Of a stretch of DNA of 64,000 nucleotides, positions 57,158-64,000 are shown one piece after another (position 1 is the first letter of the stretch; each line of letters opens with the position of its first letter). The DNA is from Saprolegnia diclina VS20 (Eukaryota), in contig NW_008246077.1 of NCBI RefSeq assembly GCF_000281045.1, positions 900,137-964,136 of the forward strand, written 5' to 3'. The notes below the pieces were generated by a model. The model saw nothing but the letters and a program-made list of their open reading frames with translations, was not told the DNA's origin and ran no database searches. The position numbers were made by a program, and so were the translations under genes.

Positions 57158-58648
57158 CTACGCCAGGCGCTTCCGAGCTTCGACGACGAGCGGGTGCTCA
57201 GCCACAAAGCAGATCGTCCGGATGTCGACGCACGTGGCAAAGGCCGCGTCGGCCTCCGCGCGCTTGGCGGCGACCTCAGCATCGTCCTTCCACACGTGGT
57301 GCTTGAGACAGATGGCGAGAATGTCGCCAAGATCAAAGTAGCAGTTGCCCATCAAGAACGAGTATTGCGGCACGACCGAGGCAAGGCGTGCAATGACGTC
57401 CTTCCGGTTCGCGTATGCTGTCTCGATGTTGCCGATCTTGGTGTTGCAGTCGGCGAGAACCCGGAGCGCCTTGGTGAGGATATAGTGGCTCGGGTGCAAG
57501 AAGAGATCCGCGACATTCGTCGAGTGCACGTCGTAGTGCTCCCGGAGGTCGTCGAGGACGTCAGTGGTCTCCTTGTACTGGCGCTTGGCGTACGCAGCGT
57601 CGGCTCGCGCTAGAAGCGCCGCGGCTTCGACCTTGAACTGCTCGATCGCGTCGGCACTCACGCTGCGACCGCAGCCCTTGCACGCCCACGGCGTCGTCTT
57701 GTCCTCCAAAGACCCGACAAAGAGCCCGTCGACGCCGCAAGACGCACAGCACACGCCGTCGACGCGCAGGTCCACGGACGTGGCGAGCGGCTCGGTGCAG
57801 CGCGCGCAGCGGCAGTCAAAGTGCTTGGTGGCGGCGAGGTCGGCCTGCCGGACGTCGCGGCTGCGGTTCGTGTCAATGTACGTGAGCGAGATCTCTTCGC
57901 CGCAGGGAATGAACCGCGTCGCTTTGACCGCGATCGTCGAGTCGCCGGCGTTGGACCACGTGCAGTTGGGGTCGCACGCGTGGTTGACGAGGCCGGCAAG
58001 CGGAAACATGCAGACGGCTGTCACCATGGGCTGGCCTGTCCACGAGTCGACCGAGTACGAGTTTTCGTTGATGCGGCCCGCGAGCTCGACCACGTCGTCG
58101 ACGGTGAGCGACGCCGTCACGGACGACGGCAGCGCCGCCAGTAGCATCGCGGCGCCGGACGCCACCGACGTGTTCCATGCGTCGCCGAGGAGATGCGTCG
58201 CATGGACCATTTCGCGTACGTGCTCGAACGTCGTGGCAACGACATCACTGCTCGATGTAGGGCGCGCGGCTTCGGACGCGCGGGTGCAGAGCAGGCGCAG
58301 AAGGAGCCGGAGGAGGTCGCGGTCCGTGCCCGACTTTTTCACCATGATGTCAATGTCCTCGAGGACGGGGCACTCGAGGTCGTGCACATGCTGCAGCAGC
58401 GACTGGCATGCGTCGCTGCAGTACGTGACTTCGGAGCAGTCGTCGCAGCAAATGTCCGGGTCCGCTGCCTTGTAGCAGACGTTGCAAATCGCGCCGTTGA
58501 ACTCGGAGAGGACGACGCCTGCGTACGCCTTTTCGGAAAAGAGGATGGTGCCGGCGACAACACCTTCGGGCGACGCGACCACAAGCGACCGGCCCTTGTT
58601 CGGGTCCGTCACGAGGCGCAGGCGGGGAACGCTGCTCACGACCGACAT
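57158..58648 (-). CDS. SMYD-type SET and MYND domain lysine methyltransferase with TPR-like C-terminus, intronless
   Basis: KGRSLV, MYND CNVC..CDDC..YCSDACQ..HDLEC, NHACDPN, GEEISLTY, and post-SET HFDCRCARC. Confidence 0.92.
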   Translation of the reverse strand: MSVVSSVPRLRLVTDPNKGRSLVVASPEGVVAGTILFSEKAYAGVVLSEFNGAICNVCYKAADPDICCDDCSEVTYCSDACQSLLQHVHDLECPVLEDIDIMVKKSGTDRDLLRLLLRLLCTRASEAARPTSSSDVVATTFEHVREMVHATHLLGDAWNTSVASGAAMLLAALPSSVTASLTVDDVVELAGRINENSYSVDSWTGQPMVTAVCMFPLAGLVNHACDPNCTWSNAGDSTIAVKATRFIPCGEEISLTYIDTNRSRDVRQADLAATKHFDCRCARCTEPLATSVDLRVDGVCCASCGVDGLFVGSLEDKTTPWACKGCGRSVSADAIEQFKVEAAALLARADAAYAKRQYKETTDVLDDLREHYDVHSTNVADLFLHPSHYILTKALRVLADCNTKIGNIETAYANRKDVIARLASVVPQYSFLMGNCYFDLGDILAICLKHHVWKDDAEVAAKRAEADAAFATCVDIRTICFVAEHPLVVEARKRLA

Positions 58649-59119
58649 GCTCTAGCGAAATGACCAATACTTTTGCGCGGGACCAACGTTATCCGGATGT
58701 CTTTTTTCCTGGCCAGCATCGTGGATACATCACCTCGCGTATACGTCGCAGGCCATGATGATGGATCGCGCTGGGTGGACGAGACGCACGGGTGAGGCCT
58801 CTTGCCGTCAGTCTTTGTCACTGCTTTCAAGAGACCTCCGGATCGCGATTTTTTCGATAGGAAATGTATAGCACCAATGTATGACCGTGTTTCGCGTTAT
58901 CTTCATTATTACACAAAGACTTCGCATACGTAGAGACTAGCAATCTCCTTCTTCTTCATTCGCTCGCCGGGCCGTGGCTGCGCAGGCGGCGGCGCGGGGG
59001 CTCGTCTGGCTCTTCTGTCGTCGCCCTACGACGCTCATGGCCGCGGGTGAGGCACTGGACGACACATAGAGCACTAACTTGGCCTAACGTCGCACTGGCA
59101 CGTGTGTACCATGTGTGTG

Positions 59120-59157
59120 TCGTGTGTACTAGTAGTAACTATTACTAGTACATGCGA
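59120..59157. repeat. Near-perfect inverted repeat (hairpin)
   Basis: TCGTGTGTACTAGTAGTA-AC-TATTACTAGTACATGCGA gives up to 18 pairs, including 3 G-T. Confidence 0.75.
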
Positions 59158-59474
59158 ACGGCGCTGGCCAACAAGCTGCACATAGCTTAGCGCGCCGAGC
59201 TTGGCGTGCGATCCTTGTCGTTACGATGGCAAAAGCGCAGGACGAGCTTGACCCAAGTCGCGCGGCAGATTGCACGTGGTGGCTGCAGACAGGTTCACGG
59301 CCGGGCGGCGCACACCGCACGAGGCAAGAAGAGACCCTTTGACGGCATTGCCTGCCAAGAGAGAGTCCATCGCATCGTATCCGGACGAGTTGAAGTTGCC
59401 ACCTTGCCCTTTTGTCGCCGTAACCGGCATCGAATTCGAATCCAGTGGCTACTTGTCATATCCACATTGGTACG

Positions 59475-60826
59475 ATGCACCCGACACCGCAGGCGATTGC
59501 CGTCGTGACGCTTCTCACGGGCGCGCTCAACACGATCCTCATGAAGATGCAGTTCTCCGTGGTATCGCTCGGGTCCGAGTCGTGCGCCACGACGAGTACG
59601 ACTGGCCATGCCACGTCGACGCTGCTCTGCGCCTTCAACAAGCCGTGGTTTGGCGTGCTGCAAGTCAAGCTTGGCATGACTCTCTGTCTTGTCTACCTCT
59701 TTGCGCGCAAGAAGCTGCTGCACCGGTCGTTCCTCGAGACGCCGGTGCACGCCGCGAGCATGACAATGTACGACGCCCTGCGCGCCCCCGAGACGCCCAC
59801 GTGCACAACGCTGGTGGCGACGATCATTCCGGCCGCGCTGGACCTCGTGCAGAGCGTCTTTTCGTTCATTGGGTTGCTCTGGATCCCGGCGTCGATCTAC
59901 CAAATGAGCGGCGGCTCGATGCTCATCTTTAGCGCATTCCTCTCGGTCAAGTTCCTCCACGTTCGCCTCTTCACATACCATTACGTGAGCATTGCGCTCG
60001 TGGCCTTCGCGCTCGTTTGCGTCTCGGCCGCGAGCTACGCGCAGAGCCCGTCGATGCACTCGGCCGCCGACGATGGCGCCAACATGGCCATCGGTCTCTT
60101 CTTCATCCTCCTCTCGCGCTTCCTCTACTCGGTCAACATTGCGATCGAAGAGTACTTTATGACGACATTGCATGTGAGCCCAGTGCTGCAAGCCGGCATG
60201 GAAGGCATTTGGGGCCTCGTCCTCTTCGTGCCGCTCGTTCCGTGTCTGAGCTACACGGCCCCCGGCTCGTCAGCGCTTTCCACGATCTGGCACGAAGACT
60301 TTGGCGATACGTGGATCAAGCTACGCCACTCGCCGTCGCTGGTCGTCCTCGTCGTCCTGTACGTTCTCTGCGTCGCAACCTACAACGTAGGATCTTCCCA
60401 TGCGATTTGGGAGGAGAGAACGAGTATCGGTAGGTGGCGGCCAACTGGGTCACCAAGCACATGAGCTCGATCGTCCGGAGCATGATCGAGGTACGTGGCA
60501 GCGCCGATATGCAGCTTCTCGAGAGAGGCCTGTAGAATGGACGCACACTTGGCGTGTGGCTTCTGGGTCTGGGTCTCTACTACGTGGCGAACGAACCGAG
60601 CATGGGCGAGTCGTGGACATCGTGGAGCTGGTCTGCACCACAGCTGGCAATGATTCGAGTTGACACCTTGTAGGCTGGAGCTTTTGGGATTTGGCTTGCT
60701 CGTGTACGCGACGCTGGCGGTATGTTCTTGCCTTGTACGGATCTCATGCGTGTACTATAGTACAAGCAAGTTGTGCGGTACCCGTGCCAGTCGGTCTACC
60801 GCGACGGCTTTATCCCGATCCACTGA
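59475..60826 (+). CDS. SLC35F6-like transporter (copy 3)
   Basis: FNKPWF, IPAALDL, SIYQMSGGS, IEEYFM, AGMEGIWG, IWHEDFGD; 3' intron pattern similar to copies 1 and 2. Confidence 0.85.
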
Positions 60827-60961
60827 CGACGCAATACTGAATAGTAGGACGAGTAAGGTTAGTACAACGTGTCTTCGAGTTTAGTCGTACTTGTAGTTAG
60901 TCGAGGGCCAACCGCATCGAATTAGGTAGAAAGTGCAAAGTCGCTGGGATCTTGAGAGGGC

Positions 60962-63900
60962 ATGGAACGGCGCCGGCGGCAGGAGACGCCACGCTCGCCG
61001 AGCTCGTCTGTGGCGACGTCCGAGGGGCTTCAGGAGCGAGAGGCCCTCGTGCACGAGCTCACAGGTGCGTTCGCTCTGCAAAGATACGCAGACGCACGCC
61101 ATCGTTTAGAGCTGGTCGAGAAGGAGGCGTTGCGCGACGCCCTCGCCGCCTGCGAGTCGCCGATGACCGACAGTCTCGAGAGCGCAAGCGACGCTGACGA
61201 TACCTCGGAGGACGTCGAGGTGCCGTACGCACCGCAGCCCAAGAAGCTTTTGCCGACGCCGGCGACCCCGATTCTCGTACCTCGCATATAACTCTTGCGT
61301 CCTAACGTGCCGGTAGAACCATTGGAATCAATTCCAGACCGCGAATGACTTGAGCTGCGTTCGGTCGGACGCGTTGTACTGCAGGTGGCTGGCTCATAGG
61401 ACGGGGCGTAGGGACCTCGTGCACGTGTGCATCGCGCGCCAGCGTCTCCGGAACCACGACCTCGCTCTCTTCTGCCATAATCTCTCGGGGTTTGTCGCGA
61501 TGCGCACCCTGGATGCGAGCCACAACCAGCTGGACGACGGCGCGTGCAACGAGCTGCGTACCTCACTCGCTTCTGCTTTACCAATGTACAAAAAAGCTAC
61601 GTAGGTGCACTGCTAAACTCGAAGCGACCGCGGCTGCTCGGGCTCAACCTAGCTTGCAACCTCCTTGGCGACCACGCGTTTCAACTCGTGTGCGAACGCC
61701 TTAGCACCAACGTGTCCCTCGTGTGGCTCAACGTGCTCGGCAACCCCTTCACGTACTCGGCCACGTCGATCCCTTTGTTGCGCGACGGTCGCCACGGAGG
61801 ATGCCTATCGTCTTCTCTCAACAGTTGCTCGTTGTAGCCCTCTACATGAACGAAGTCCTCGAGTCGCTCGCCATCAGCTTGGGCGACTTTGAGAACCCGG
61901 CGACTTCACCAGCTACGGTGGCCCAGCGACGCAAGCCCCGCTTGGCAAAGAACTTTGTGCGTGGCCTCGGCTTCCACTCCAAGCATTTACGCGACGCACA
62001 GTTTGGCCCCAAGCCAATGCTCAAGCAACTGTCGCTCACCGCCTTGTCGCTCGCAAACGCCGAACTCTCGACCGTGTTGGTCTTGATCGCCCGTCACCTT
62101 TCATACCTTACAATCATTGTAGGACGGTCTCGGAGCTCATGGGTGTCTTGTGCCAGCAGACGCAGCTCACAGCCCTCGACCTTTCCTACTGCTTTGTTGG
62201 TATCGCCGGCGCCCGCGTATGCACCTCTCGTTCTCAAAGCCGTCCATAAGATGGATGCTAGATCCTCGCCCATGCTATCGACACGCAGGCAGCGTTCCCG
62301 CTGCTGAAGCTGCAGCTCAAGTGCAATCACATTGGCAGCGCCGGCGCCCTTGCACTGGTCGACGCCCTGCAGGTACGACGTAGCCGCAATCGACCGCGTC
62401 GCATGCCGTGTATCTAGTCCAACACAACACTGACGGCGCTCGGCTTGGACAAGAACGAAATCTCGAACGAGGGTATCGTCGCTTTGGCCGAGTACCTCCC
62501 ACGACTGCCCGTACGATGACCAGCAGCATATCAGATCTGAGTGCATTTAGTGCTTGACGCGGCTAAGTCTTGCGCAGAACCACTGCCAGGCGTCGGGATT
62601 GGCGGCGCTCACGCATGCGCTGGCAGCGTCACCGCAGCTCACTGACCTCGGCGCCATGGCTCGGTCATACTCGTGCACCAATCGAACGACCGTATAACGA
62701 GGTCAGTAGGCTGTGCGAGGGCCGCGTCGACGAGCGGATGCGGGCACTGGCGACCGCTCTCGCCACCAACGGCCACGCCATGCTCTGTGATGCGACCCAC
62801 ATTGTACACGCATCGTCCACGTCTTCCGACGTCAAGCTCCTCGATGTACGACCGACAACATCCACGACACGCTCCTATGGTCGTCTTGTAGGTTAATACG
62901 TGGACGATTGTGGCGCAATTTGACGTTCACCGAGACGCGCGTCTGAGTTTAACGTGGCGCTGCAGAGCGTCTCTCATCGCCAAGACGACGCATGCGGCCA
63001 CGTTGATGGACCACATCGCGTGGCAAGTCCTCCATCAGCGGTGACCGATGTCGCGTCATGGACCTCATGTCGACGCACGCGGTGTAGCTCGTGTGACGCG
63101 CGCGACGTCGAGCCCGAAGTGCTCGTCGATGGCCGCGCACCGTGGTCCACCCGTGAGCATCGACAGCAAAAGGAGCGGTCACCATGACCATTCTTAGACC
63201 TCGAGCACGCGGTCAGCGCCGTTGTGCTGGCCGGCGACCGCGTTTGCATCCAGTACCTTCTTGTTGCGCGGGATCCGTCTCTGCGTGTGGAGCTCTGTCT
63301 CGATGGAATGCACGAAGCGCACCATCATGTACGTACAACCAAAAGAAGACGTCAACTTGAAGCAGCCAAGTACAGGTGGACGCTCGCCACCTGTACTACA
63401 AGGCCCTCGCGCCGCAGCGTGTGCCATGGCACCCGATCGCATACTGCCACCAGGCCGACTTCTACCATCTCAAGGAAGCACGTCTCGCCAACATTTACAT
63501 GTCGGAAGACGGCGCCTTTCGACTCGTGTGGGCGCTGCACCTCACCGCCTCCAAGGTGTGCGCTCGAGGCTCAATTGCCAGCGCATATTGTTGTACGTAG
63601 ATCTCGGTGCTCGACGTCTTCTCGCCCGACTGCTTCAAGCTGCACCTGCGCCGGGCCAAGAGCTGGTCCCCATCGATCGTTACGATCGCAGAGGTAGTTT
63701 GCTCGCTTTGTAAAAGATGACCACGCGGGGTTAGGGTGGCATTAGTGACTTCAATGGCGTCTTTCGCAAGCCCCATAGCTTTGTGTGCTCGATCGCGACG
63801 CGCGGGTGGGCGACCGGCGACATCCTTCGCCTCTCGCTCTCGGCGTCGGACGACTGCGAGCTCGACGTGGCCGACCTGCGCGTGGTGTACGAGGTAGTAG

Positions 63901-64000
63901 TACTGCACCGACAACAACCAGTGTTGGGACGCGATGCGATAGGTGCAGCGGTACGACGCGCCGACCCCACCGTATGCGCAGCTCGCATTGCAAGTGCACG
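60962..64000 (+). CDS. RNI-like leucine-rich repeat protein, many short introns, runs off the window
   Basis: LRRs LDASHNQLDDGA, LNLACNLLGDHA, LKLQLKCNHIGSAGALAL, LTALGLDKNEISNEGIVALAE; further coding exons continue to the window end. Confidence 0.7.

Noticed and set aside
20447..58648. Chromatin-gene cluster (KDM5, Cyc8, NASP, SMYD)
   Set aside because: The genes are dispersed among unrelated genes, as expected by chance.
13038..64000. Apparent frameshifts or pseudogenes in fragmented ORFs
   Set aside because: The breaks coincide with ~40-55 nt GT..AG introns that restore the frame where checked.

Overview
This is gene-dense, GC-rich eukaryotic DNA, most likely from an oomycete of the Saprolegniales type. 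The evidence is very short (~40-55 nt) GT..AG introns, oomycete INR/FPR core-promoter motifs just upstream of several ATGs, tiny intergenic gaps, and oomycete-style genes (BT1-like transporter, membrane-anchored GH5, Cys-rich surface protein). About 35 protein-coding genes can be supported, mostly housekeeping: PTP, PEX22, BBS10-like chaperonin, CUEDC2, KDM5-like demethylase, Cyc8/Ssn6, TBCCD1, Ssf1/Peter Pan, PUS7, taxilin, two VAMP7-like SNAREs, NASP, SMYD and three SLC35F6-like transporters. The most interesting signal is non-coding. At ~37840-38170 lies a ~330-nt structured region with an upstream TATA, a telomere-like template (CTAACCCCTAAACC) enclosed by long-range helices and a T4 run, which is the architecture expected of a Pol III-type telomerase RNA; it would predict a G4-type telomere repeat (TTTAGGGG or TTAGGGG). 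Other notable items are an EF-hand/SFC1-like mitochondrial carrier fusion, a KDEL-bearing cystatin-like protein, tandem VAMP7s with Asn at the SNARE zero layer, a possibly dual-targeted PUS7 and a pepsin-like pseudoprotease. Coordinates of multi-exon genes are outer spans read by eye, and family calls come from motif recognition, not database searches. No CRISPR array, rRNA, tRNA or intact mobile element was seen.
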